The notes under the pieces were generated by a model that saw nothing but the letters and a program-made list of their open reading frames with translations, was not told the origin of the DNA and ran no database searches. Both the position numbers and the translations under genes were made by a program. From the NCBI GenBank assembly GCA_030704615.1, contig CM060731.1, positions 27,094,001-27,158,000 on the forward strand: a DNA stretch of 64,000 bases. The letters are read 5' to 3'. Origin of the DNA: Takakia lepidozioides. Lineage: Eukaryota; Plantae; Bryophyta. Positions 13,525 through 28,352 of this stretch are shown here, one piece after another. Position 1 is the stretch's first letter. Each line of letters begins with the position of its first letter.

Positions 13525-16500
13525 GTTGGAGTGGAGTGGAGTCTGTCACTGAGAGGTAGTATTGCATACATCGGTATTGCATGAGCACAATCTGCTCACT
13601 GGTTTTTCCTCTTTTAATTGTTTGAAGTGAGGTTCTTGCGAGATAATTAACTGCAATGCTGTCAATTACTTCACCCAGCAGGCCTCCTTGGCCTTCAATC
13701 TTATGTTCTGACTTTCATTGAAAGTACTATGAGCATAGGGGCTTCTAGCAAGGCTCTCCACCAAGGTGTGTCATCAAGTGAGGTCATTGTCTTTTTCCTT
13801 GCAGTTGAGTTATGAGGTTCTAAGGTGAAGTTATCCTGCCTGGGCAAATGTATTACGGAGAGATCAAAATTAACAAATTCCTGTGCTGTTGGTGTCCACA
13901 GGGCTAGAGCCAAGGCAAAACTGGGCACCAGCTAAGCTTGTTATGATTGTACAAGGGTTTTGACCCGCTCACTGATGGGGCACTCTCTGTCTCAGCTACC
14001 TTCTTCATGCCGCGACTTGTATGTGTGAGCCAATGGCTAGGTTCTTGCATTCTTTGTCTAACTTTTGTGCGTTAGCTCTTTTGCTTCTTTTTTTTAATGT
14101 TGGGGTATCTGGGTTTGGTAGGTTGCCTGGCAGCCTACTTGCTGTAAGTCCATTTTTCCTTTAGTTGTTACTGGTAATCAAAGCTTCTAGTAGACATCTT
14201 TGCATTACTGTCATGTTAGACTTCAAAGACTGATGTCAAGGGTTGTCTCTTTGGAAAGAGGAGACAGGCCATGAGAGAGTGCATACTTGATTTTGTTTGT
14301 TTCATCTCTGGCTCGGGACGTGCTCGTGGCCGTCTGTTATTTGCTCAGGCTGTCACATCAGATGCAACTTTTGGCTGGTTATCTCTCTCGTGTTCTGCGA
14401 CAAAGAATTGCGCGCTTGTGTGGTGTCACCAACAGAGTTGCCAATTCTTCCTTCATCGGTCAGAGTGGAAGATATGGTTTGAGATGTTGAGAACTGGTTC
14501 TTGATTCAGTTCATGGGAGGAATGGCAATGGCGGTAGTTCCAGTGGATGGGAGATTTGTTAAGTTAAGTGTTGGCCTGGTGGAGCTTTTGGAGGGTCGGA
14601 TTGTGTTCCGGGCCCTTGGACAGTCAAAAGTGGATTCATCGACCTTTCACATTTTCATGACATGATAGTTTGAGGCATTTGTTTGCAACAAGGCAAAAGA
14701 CGCTTTTGGTTCGGTCAGTGGAAATATGCCAGATATGGTAGAATGCGGCTTTCTGTCCTTTTTGGAACTGAAAATTTTGAGACATGGACTATGAAATATA
14801 TCATTCAATATAGGCCAGTTTTCCATCTTTAGCTGGGTACTCGATGCTTTTGTGTGTCAGTTGGTTCATCCTCAAGTTCACATCTTAACCTTGCAAGGGT
14901 TGTTCAAATTTTACTGTATTGTCAATCAGAGGTTGAATGGTAAGTGTGCAATATCATCATCCAATACAGGGGGTGGGCATAGACAGTCTCTCTTGATAGT
15001 TACATGGGCTGAGAAGTACATGACTAATGCAACTAACAACATGTTTAAACTGTCCTAGGTGTTAAGACATTTAATGTTTGAAATGTTACCCGTGTCAGGT
15101 GTTCCTCCTGCAGGGTTGGTTGCATCGCATTGCTATCAAATATGTAACGCATTAATATCCTGGCATTCATCAGAAGATGCTGTGCCAATTCTTTCATTTT
15201 GAGGTCAAGGGTAAAAAAGGTATAGGCAGTTAGGGGTCAAATCTACAGTAATGGAACATTTCACCTTTTTTATTCATAAATACAAATTTGATGGTTGCAT
15301 CATGTTCCTAATTACATTCCATTCATCTGAAATTTCATGGCATTTTGTCGAATTAGAACGTTATAACTTTTTGCTCAGCACCCACCACACTAGGAAACAC
15401 CATGCAAGTCACAATCTCTACTCCTATAGACATCTCCATTGTTCAACACTCACATCTGAACAACCTCCCTCTTCTCAAAGAAGCTAAGCTGCAGGGCGGC
15501 AAGTTTAACCCCTAAGGAACTAACCCCAATTTTTGGGTCCACCCCCAAAAAATTGACCCTTCCCCACTAAATGATTTATATCTTGAGATTTCCTCAGGCC
15601 TTGTAAAACTGACTGTTGTAATATGTTCCACAAAAAGTCTGGTCCAAATCGAACCGTCGGATTGCAAGATTATAATCTTGAAAGTTGGGCCAAAAACAAA
15701 TTGCTTATTTGCAATGGGGTAAAAAACCCAGCTTTTCTTATCGAATTTCCCATCTGTTAAATTGTTTGACATGACACAAACCAGAACCTTGTACCCTGCC
15801 AGGTAAGACACCTGCCCTGAAAATTTCAGCTTTTTCTGACATGTTTTCATGTGGGCTGCTTTGTATGGCCAATTTGGGGGGTCAAATTTCCCAATTTCAA
15901 AGGGGCAAGCACGCTTCCCTTCATATTAGTTTTTCCCTGCCCATGACTTATCCATGTGCACCTATGATTGCCTATACTTTTTGGCCAGTAGCCCTAAGGT
16001 ATATGGGTTTTGGGGGCCTTTGCCTCCCCGCCCCTTCATTTCAGGCTTTAGGGCGCAATAAAGGGTGTTGGGAGACGCGCCACCCTGCGCAAATGGGGGT
16101 GCGTGGAATTTCTCCCTAACCTGACCCTCGTTGACACGTAGGATGGAGGGCATGTTAGCTGCCCAAAATGGGGCTGAAAACCACGAATGTGGCAGACTCT
16201 AGGTGTTCCACGTGGCTGGGCCAGGCCCAATGACGAATTGGGAAATGCCACCTCATAGCTGACTCGATTACCTATCCAATGAGCCTAAGCATGCCCAAAT
16301 CAGGCTTAACCAGCTACTTTTCTAAAACGAACTGACCCAGTTTGGATCGCTTCGTCCTTTTAGGCGCTCAGTGGGTATGTTTGATTTTTTCAAGAAAAAC
16401 CACCCTTGTTGGTCAAGAATGGGATTATCTCTGTGGAAAAACAAAAACTAAACAAAAACTAAACAGATTTTGACAGCACATTTGTAGGTACTAACGTACT

Positions 16501-18058
16501 AACTAGGTACTAACCTACCTCTTGCATGGCTCCAATTAGGGTAGATCCAACAAATGTCACCATAGTGGGGCCACTTTTGGGCCCCTTTGGATGTTTTCAA
16601 AAAAGGATTTGGCATATTTCACTTTTGGATGAAGGGATGAAGGCAGATGGAGGTGTGACTTCGAGGCCTTCATCCCCACGGAATTCTGCATCCATCAAAA
16701 CAAATCTGAACAAATTTGGCCCAGAAATTTGAGCAATGTCACATGCTCAACGCACGAGGGGTGGGGGGGGTGTGTGTGTGTGTTCAAAATTTAGCTTTTG
16801 GACACTTTGAAAAACCAGCCAAGTTTTGGGTGTTTTGCTATATGATTCAATGCTTTGTAGGTCACAGCAACAACCTCTAGCAGCCTATGCACTATACTCG
16901 TATGTGCCCAATTGGTAGCCTCTACACCAAACCTCAGTCCCATAATTGTGTGCTCTATAAGTTGTGAATGTACGTTTTTTTGCAACCAGCAACCAGTCTT
17001 GTTGCAAATTCCTAGCCCACTCTTCTACCTTTAATGCAAGTCAAGAGTTCGAAGTAGCCATTCCACCATGTGCTTCCCGTGTGCCAGCCCAACACCCCAC
17101 ATGTTCCCCCGCATACAATATTGTGTGAGTTGAACCCAATCTGGACCTGCGGGCCCAGTGGCAGCCAACACATATCCACAAAGATGAGGAATTCCAGCAA
17201 ATGAATGCCCCATCCTTGTGTGCACCCCAGCTTGGCTGGGTGACTAACCCCTATATGAACGACTCAAAGGGAAGAAGCCTCATAATTGTCTTAGGAAGAA
17301 AACAAAAATTAATGATGACAGATTATACTCAAGTAACAGAGACATGTTGTAGCTCTTATCATTGCTGCAGGTTGTCCAATACAATTGAATCCCAACTGAT
17401 CTTTTGCATAAGCCACTACTGCAATTGTCATGGCTGCATCCCCTTATAATCCAAAATGATAGCCCATGTGAATGTCATAGCCACAGCTCCCATGGAAGTC
17501 CCAAAATGCAAGCTGCGAAACAACCCAACTTGCCCACCATTAGCCAAAGTCAACAACATAAAAGAGAATGACTTGCTAAGCGACTCCTAGAAATTTAAAA
17601 TATGACAAAGCATCCCAGACCTGCTCTAATAAAATCTTTTAAATGTGCCCTCCTCTTCAGCATCCCTGGAGTTTGACAAATCCGACATCAATTGGAAGCA
17701 TATCAAAGTGGCCACTAAAGCTAAATACATTTCCATAGCTAGTGTCCAGTATCCGTTGGCCGTTTCTGCCCTCTGGGAGCCCCTATTATGTTGGTTTTTC
17801 CTTCTCCGGTATAGATTTTACCAAACACCCCCTCTCTTAGGGTTACACCCTCTGTACGCTGTCTGCAACCAACCCTGCACAAGTCCCCCCCAATGGGATC
17901 TTGCTTCATCCTGAGCTCTCGCCCGGGGCTTAGTTACTGTTCCTGGTATCTCCATCACGGTCTCCTGTGAGTTTAAGCCTTATGGCAGCCTTCAGGCATG
18001 TAAGGGTTTTAATTTTGTTTCCTTTCAATAATCTTCAATAAAAATCTAAAGGGCTTCC

Positions 18059-18294
18059 CAGTGTTTTTTTTTTGGGTGAAAAATTGCCAGTGAAATCCGA
18101 GATTTTTGCCAAAAGGCACCAGCAGATGAATTTTAGGAGCCTAATCTTGCCAATGTGGACCAGTTAAAACGTGCCACCTAGAATATAGCCACTTTTCTAA
18201 CTCTTTCACCTCCTTATTCTCGCTACATGGGCATTGGGTAGAGTTCACATGTGGCCCCGCCAGCGATTTTGGAAATATGAAAAAAAAAAAACTG
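18059..18294. mobile_element. hAT-type MITE (copy 1)
   Basis: Ends CAGTGTTTTT...AAAAAACTG with a perfect 8-bp TSD GGGCTTCC. Interior is similar to copy 2. Confidence 0.88.
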
Positions 18295-18643
18295 GGGCTT
18301 CCTTCCCTTTCAACCTAAAATAATTTAGAAAAAATATAGAAAAAATAAAATTGAGGTACCATATCAGAGGTATCATCTATTAGTATTTGGGGTGGGACCA
18401 AAGGGTGCCACACTCATTTCAATGAATACTTTTACAAAGGCATCATTATGAATATGAAAGTATGTTTGTTATCCCTCCCCCATACAAATGAACACTCCAT
18501 AAGAGTGATGTTTATGTTCCATGCACATGCTCGGATGTATGTATATATATATATATATGCATAAAACATATGACCATATAATCAATAAGTGTTGAAAATG
18601 AATAAATAGGTTGTTCTGGATCAACTATGTTGTTAACGAGTAG

Positions 18644-18932
18644 CAGTGTTTTCAACTCCGGCAAAAAATCGCCAGATAATTTCGACCTGGAAAATGGGTC
18701 GGCTATTTTTACAAAGGAATTATGGGAGTAAAAATCAAAACATTCGCTAGAAAGCGCCAATGGTTAAATATCAAGAGCCAAATTTTTCCTACGTGGACCT
18801 GTTAAAATGTGACACATGTTATATAGCCTCTTTTCTAACCTTGCCACCTCGTTATTCTCGCCACATGGGTGCTAGGTAGAATTTACACATGGCCTTTGTG
18901 GCGATTTCGGAAAAGTGAAAAAAAAAACACTT
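18644..18932. mobile_element. hAT-type MITE (copy 2, same family)
   Basis: Ends CAGTGTTTT...AAAACACTT with a perfect 8-bp TSD ACGAGTAG. Shares GTGGACC.GTTAAAA.GTG and TTATTCTCGC.ACATGGG blocks with 18059-18294. Confidence 0.88.
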
Positions 18933-19044
18933 ACGAGTAGGTTGTCAGAACCTGTTCATTAATAAGTATGAAAGCATCTTTGTGTGAATATTGTTGATGT
19001 TGCACGTTTGACCACAGCTTCACCCATAACAACATCAACATGAT

Positions 19045-19168
19045 GTTGGTAGGGGGGTGTAACAGGGTTTGTTAGGGTCGGAGCAAGGTTTGGACAGGGA
19101 CAAGGTTTGCTCCGACCCTAACAAACCCTGCTACACCCCCCTACCAACCTTGTCCTTGTCCAAACCTT
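19045..19168. repeat. Interleaved inverted repeats (A-B-A'-B')
   Basis: 19045-19086 is the reverse complement of 19107-19148 (1 mismatch). 19085-19107 is the reverse complement of 19146-19168 (1 mismatch). Confidence 0.9.
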
Positions 19169-19175
19169 CTTTTTC

Positions 19176-19631
19176 GAGGTTGGCTAGCGTGTGAGCATGC
19201 TCACGCGAGCACAAGCGAATATTAAGGATATTCCCTAGATGCCTTTCGAATATTCTTCAACGAAACTAAAATTGAGAAACTAAAAACTTTGCGAAACTTT
19301 TTTAATTGCTCACATATGCCGTCACAGAATCACTTAAGAAACAAGTAACACCTATACACGATAAACATGTTATCCTATAGGCGTGGTGTTTCCTCACATT
19401 ATGCGAACCGGATACCCCAGAAAACCCCAGAAAAACAAAAATTGTGGTTTTCAGTCCGGGTATCGGCAGTTTAAGCCCTAGAAAAGTTATTTTCGCATTG
19501 AGAAAATAAATCTGAAGGTACTCGTATGCACCGTGACTGTTAACATGTAATTCCTATGACCGCGGTTTGAAAACATTTAACCCCTATGACCGCGGGTTGT
19601 GCTCACGCTGTGCTCACAGGATACCAACCCC
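19176..19631. mobile_element. Mutator-like MITE
   Basis: Imperfect TIRs GAGGTTGGCTAGCGTGTGAGCA / TGCTCACAGGATACCAACCCC. 9-bp TSD TTCTTTTTC/CTCTTTTTC. The GTGAGCA motifs are shared with the element at 62112-63614. Confidence 0.75.
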
Positions 19632-19810
19632 CTCTTTTTCTCTCAAACCCTAAATCTCTGTCTCTTTCTTTCCTGTGCGTGCTCTAAGCCGCCTCCAAGA
19701 CGCACAGCCTCCAAGCAAGCTCTCGCAGCTCCCAATTCAACGCCGGTACATGATGATGAGCAAGTGAGACTTGCTTTTCAATAGTGGGTACGTTGGGACA
19801 ACGTACGTAC

Positions 19811-20099
19811 AAGTGTTCGGAGGTTCTCAAATGTTATCAAGAAGGTTACATGGATATATAACCGTGGTTCTCCAAAAACAAAAAAATACAAAGGCTCGTA
19901 CCCGCCGGTTACCGAGTTTTGAAATAAGCAGCGTGACAACCGTCAAAAGATCCCCCAAATCCCCGTCTAGTATTTGATGAAAATAGGTGGTTCTTTTATG
20001 TTCTTACAATCAACCGGAATCGGTGGTTCTTTCCATTAAAAATATATGAAAAAATCGGAACCAGAGGTTATGAAATAAATCAATAACCGCCCAACTTTG
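19811..20099. mobile_element. hAT-type MITE (degenerate CAGTGTTGG TIR family)
   Basis: Ends AAGTGTTCGGAGGTT / AACCGCCCAACTTTG. 8-bp TSD GTACGTAC/GTACATAC. Confidence 0.7.
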
Positions 20100-20439
20100 G
20101 TACATACCTCCTCGCTTCTATTCTTTGCATTTGTACCTCATCTTTTTTTATTCCTTGCCTTCACTACTTTAATATTGTTTCTCTAGGTGTTTGAAGTGTG
20201 GTGCAACATAAGAAACCAAAGGGTTTTTACTTTGGACTAACTATAAGAAGTTCACACTTCTCCATCATTTTTAATTTCATATGATATGGCTGTGTGAAAG
20301 GTCAAAAATTTGTCAACTTGTCATGTGAGGCAAACTTGTCACATCGGAAGCAGCGCTTTTTTTTAGGCGAAATGGAGCCTAAAGCCGATTAAAAAAAAAA
20401 ATCTTTATACTATAGTTTTTCTTAGTACCATATTGCTCT

Positions 20440-21070
20440 TTCACATTGGGCTATGGTGCTACCTTGCTATTTGAAATTGAGGTCGTGATGTTTACTGGCC
20501 CATTGTAGGACTTTTTTGATTAATTAGTTTCAGATTTCAGATTGTGAATCAGCTGTCCTGCCTCACTTGGCATCAATTTGTTCCTTCACCATCCTCAATG
20601 GTGCCACCTTGCTACTTGAAATTGAGGCTATGGTTTTTGCTGGCCATCTTTGGACTTCTTTGATTAATTATTTTAGATTTCAGATTGTGAGTGGGCTGCC
20701 ATGCCTACATTGGTACGAGTTTGCTCCTTCAAATTGGACTATGGTGTCACTTTGTTATTTGATATTGAGGCGATGCTTACTGCCCTAGATTAAGACTTGA
20801 CCAATTAATTTCAGATTTTAGATTTTAAATAGAGTTGATTAATTATTTTAGATTTCATATTGTGAGTGGGCTGCCATGGTATGAGTTTGCTCCTTCAAAT
20901 TGGACTATGGTGTCACTTTGTTATTTGATATTGAGGCCATGATGCTTGCTGGCCAGTTTAAGATTTGATCAATAAATTTCAGATTTCAGATTTTAAATAG
21001 ACTGTTATGCCTACATTGCTTCTTGACATTAGGCAATGGTGCCACTTTGCTACTTGAGATTAGGCTCTAG
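20440..21070. repeat. Degenerate tandem repeat, about 5 units of ~130-165 bp
   Basis: ATGGTGYYACYTTGYTAYTTGA.ATT.AGG recurs at about 20450, 20597, 20738, 20904 and 21034. Most units are followed by TTAATT...TTTCAGATT. Confidence 0.8.
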
Positions 21071-21428
21071 TGTCAGCAAATGCACTTCGACTATGGCATT
21101 GTCGCCACATTGCAACAATATGTGGTCTCTTGTAGCCACTACTTTATGCCTCAATTTTTATTTGTATCGCCTATCCAATGCATACACAAAATACTCAAAT
21201 CGCCATGTTGCATGCAAATGAAATAGCCTAGAGCCAGTTGATTTTTAGCTAAGCATCTATGTCATGGCCACCTTTGCACTTAGCCTTCAAATTTTGTAGC
21301 CATCTACGCTTCTAAGCCAAAATGAAAAAAAAAAAACCCTGATCGGAAGGTAAAAAACAAAAACGCATGTCACAAAAAAGGTAGGCACACCCCTATCAAA
21401 AAAAACACCACCGGAGAAGGGTACATAC

Positions 21429-22209
21429 CACTGTTGGCCGGGTATGGCATCTGGACTTGCATACCCGGCGGTTATTTGCCGGTTATGCACATATGCATAC
21501 CCGGAAAGTGCAGCCCCAGGAGGAACCGGCTATGGAAGGGATCCGGCAAAAGCCATCGAGCTTCCTAACCGGCTAGAGAACCGGCATCGGGGATTGTAAG
21601 GGTGTTATACCCGGAGGAGGATCCGGAGCAAATATGCATGGCGTAGAGGCGGTTCTAGATAATACAGGTATAGGGGTTGGTGATGGCAATTAAGATTATT
21701 GCATATGGACATATCCTGATTATGTCTTACTAGTAACAATACGTTTACAATAGTTGGGGAGATTAGGTGCACAACATTGAGAATGCCCAAGTAAATAGGA
21801 AATTAATTAGTTGAGCATTTGGCTAAAACAATGGTTATAAACTTAGAGTATTACATGGGCAGCCTGAAGGCAGAGAGATAGATGGTAGGGGTTGAACTTT
21901 TGAACCGGAGACCCACAGTCCAATACATGAGTGGCTTACCACCATGCCATAGCCCTAGTGTAGTTTTCCACACATACACAAAAATGCTAGAAAAAAGTAA
22001 AAATATAAAAATGGATGAATCCCATAACCGGTACCATGGAACCCACAAGAACAAATTCATGTGTTTAATTAGAACCTGTAACCGAGATGTTTTTCAAACC
22101 TATTGTTATACCCTGCCCCCGGCCATCCACTTTTTTCAAGGAGTAGGCCATAACCGGACTGAAAGAGGGCTCAAAAGAGGGCTCAAGACATGGTACCCGG
22201 CCAACACTG
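21429..22209. mobile_element. Non-autonomous hAT element
   Basis: TIRs CACTGTTGGCCGGGTA / TACCCGGCCAACACTG. 8-bp TSD GTACATAC/GTACATAT. Many ACCGG/CCGG subterminal motifs. Confidence 0.88.
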
Positions 22210-22992
22210 GTACATATGTACTGCAGTGAGGTGGGTCACATGATGTCGGTTGCCTAATTGTGGTAATCGTGTTTGCTTTCTGTCGGAAGGCGCATCTGCA
22301 GGGTAGTGTCGGCTGTGGGTTTCAATGATAAAGGAGATCAGCAGCTGTGTGCACGCAGGAGCTGTCTGCACTACGACAGTCCCGAGGTGATGTGGCCCAA
22401 AGGGGCAGGCGATCTCGAGAGGTGGAGTCGAAGTCGGGACCACTGGTTGGTAGATGTAGATGTAGATGGCAGCTGTCACACGTTGATATGGCTGGTCCTG
22501 AGCTGATGAACTTCTGAATGCTTGTTGTTGGCTGGTGGAGCCCGTTTATCTTGTCCTGTATCAGGTTGCGTTGGACTGCTTGTGGAAAGGAGAAGCAAAT
22601 GTTGCATCGGAAGCTGATAGGACACGAGTTCGCCACCAGGGCCACATCGAATCATGTAGGGAGGATACAGCTCAATGCAACTGTTGGAAGGGTGTTTTGA
22701 ACAGATGTTGGTGGTGCGCGTGATTATACTCTCCTTGTGGGAAGGAAAGCAAGAGCTGGGTGCGGCGCCTACGTGCGTTCCCGAATTATCGCTGAGAACG
22801 ATGAGAAACATATTGTTTAGGAAAATAACCCGCAGGGTGGAGTGGCTGCCGGTTTTGGTAGAGAGGAGAGGCACGGCTCTTGCTTGGTTGCTTACAAACG
22901 TCGGAGGGTGCATTCCATCTAGACAAGAACAGCAGGGTGGAATGTAGAAAGGTGTTCTACCGTCTTAAAAAGCAGTGAGGAGTAAAGCGATA

Positions 22993-26964
<3,972 letters not shown>

Positions 26965-27293
26965 AAACCTGGTCATTGTCAGTTTACCAGAACACCAGCA
27001 AAGCTTTTGCTGTACATGTTACGGTCTTGTGTCTAGATGCTGAGTCTTAAGTCTCCCCAGACTAACATGCCCCAGATGATGTCTAAACTCGAAACTTGGG
27101 GACTGCAGTTTCAGGAAGAGAGCTTGGCCTGGAAAAGATTCAGTCTTCCACAGAAATATTGCACATTTCTGAGAGAATGTAAAAGTTTTGGAGGATAAAG
27201 TTCCATCTGTGCACTTTAAGCTGTTGACATCCTGCTATGTTCAAACCTGCGCGTTCAAATCTTCTCTGATGTCTGTTTTCTATTATTTATAAG

Positions 27294-27716
27294 ACTCGGG
27301 GCAGGAAGCCTACCTTTGAACAGCAAACAGAAGCAGAGAGGAAGGGGAGAGTGCAATTGCCCGTTGTGTGGGCAACGTGAAGACAATATTCATTTTCTGA
27401 TACACTGTCCGGGGTTCTCTGACCAAAGAGATGCTCTCTTCAAATCTATCAAGGGAACTGTGCCTGTACCTCTGTGTACCAACTTTGAAAGTCTCGAGGC
27501 TGAGCCAAAAGCAAAGTTTTTGGGCAAATCACACACAGCAGATTGATGCTTGTGTGAAGGGATTTCTAGAGGATATCTGGAAAACCCGGATCAATTCTAT
27601 GTATCAAGGTAAGTCTTACTACCAACGTCAGCCCCTGACAGAGGTAGGTTCTGTCCCTCTGGTTTCCGTGGGGTCAATGGCCACAAGGCTACGGCAAACA
27701 ACGTCTTATGATTACA
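27294..27716 (+). mobile_element. 5'-truncated non-LTR retrotransposon (LINE) 3' end
   Basis: Encodes a LINE ORF2 C-terminal zinc finger CPLCGQREDNIHFLIHC...IWKTR with one frameshift. Flanked by a perfect 16-bp TSD TTCTATTATTTATAAG (27278-27293, 27717-27732). Confidence 0.85.
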
Positions 27717-27897
27717 TTCTATTATTTATAAGGAATAACTACATGCTCTGCAGAACAAAAATGAAGTACCAAACCAGGAACTGCAAAGCTATGGGGACAT
27801 TGTTAGGAGAGGATGAATACACTTGCCATCCAGATTAATTCCCCTCGGAATTCGTTGGAGGAGGGATCCTCCCAGCATTTCCTTGGTAGCCTTTAGC

Positions 27898-28305
27898 TAT
27901 TGTTTGTGAGAAGTAGTTGGCAACACTTTCCACATGCAAGCTCAAGAAAGATACACATCTACTAGACACAGAGACTTGTGTCAGCACCTTACAAGCATAG
28001 TATCATAAAGACTAGAACAATATTAGTGACCATGGGAAAAGATACATTGGCTGACACAGCCTGCTCATGCTAATCTAGTGACCCACACACTCAGCTTCAT
28101 TACAGTGTCACTACAGCAGTAAACCTTAGGACCAAGGTATGTACTGGCCTCACACATCTGCAACAGCGTACAAACACATGAGGGCTAAAAGATAGCAGAG
28201 CCCATTGCTCTCAATGCTTAAGTAACTAGCACTGTAGTTACTAGTAACTACAGTGTCAAGAAGGATGACTCCAGTGTAATCTTGATGAGTTCTCTACAAC
28301 CAAAA
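27898..28305 (-). repeat. Copia 3' LTR
   Basis: Direct repeat of 32681-33087 (about 8 substitutions and 1 indel by eye). Preceded on the minus strand by the purine tract GAGTGGGAG. Confidence 0.95.
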
Positions 28306-28352
28306 CTCCCACTCACTGAGTCAATCCTTCTGTGAGATAAAAAAACGAAGAA

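Noticed and set aside
15490-16790. TE-like low-complexity region; similar regions at 33100-34500 and 59700-61100
   Set aside because: Probably DNA-transposon remnants, but I could not establish matching TIRs or TSDs.
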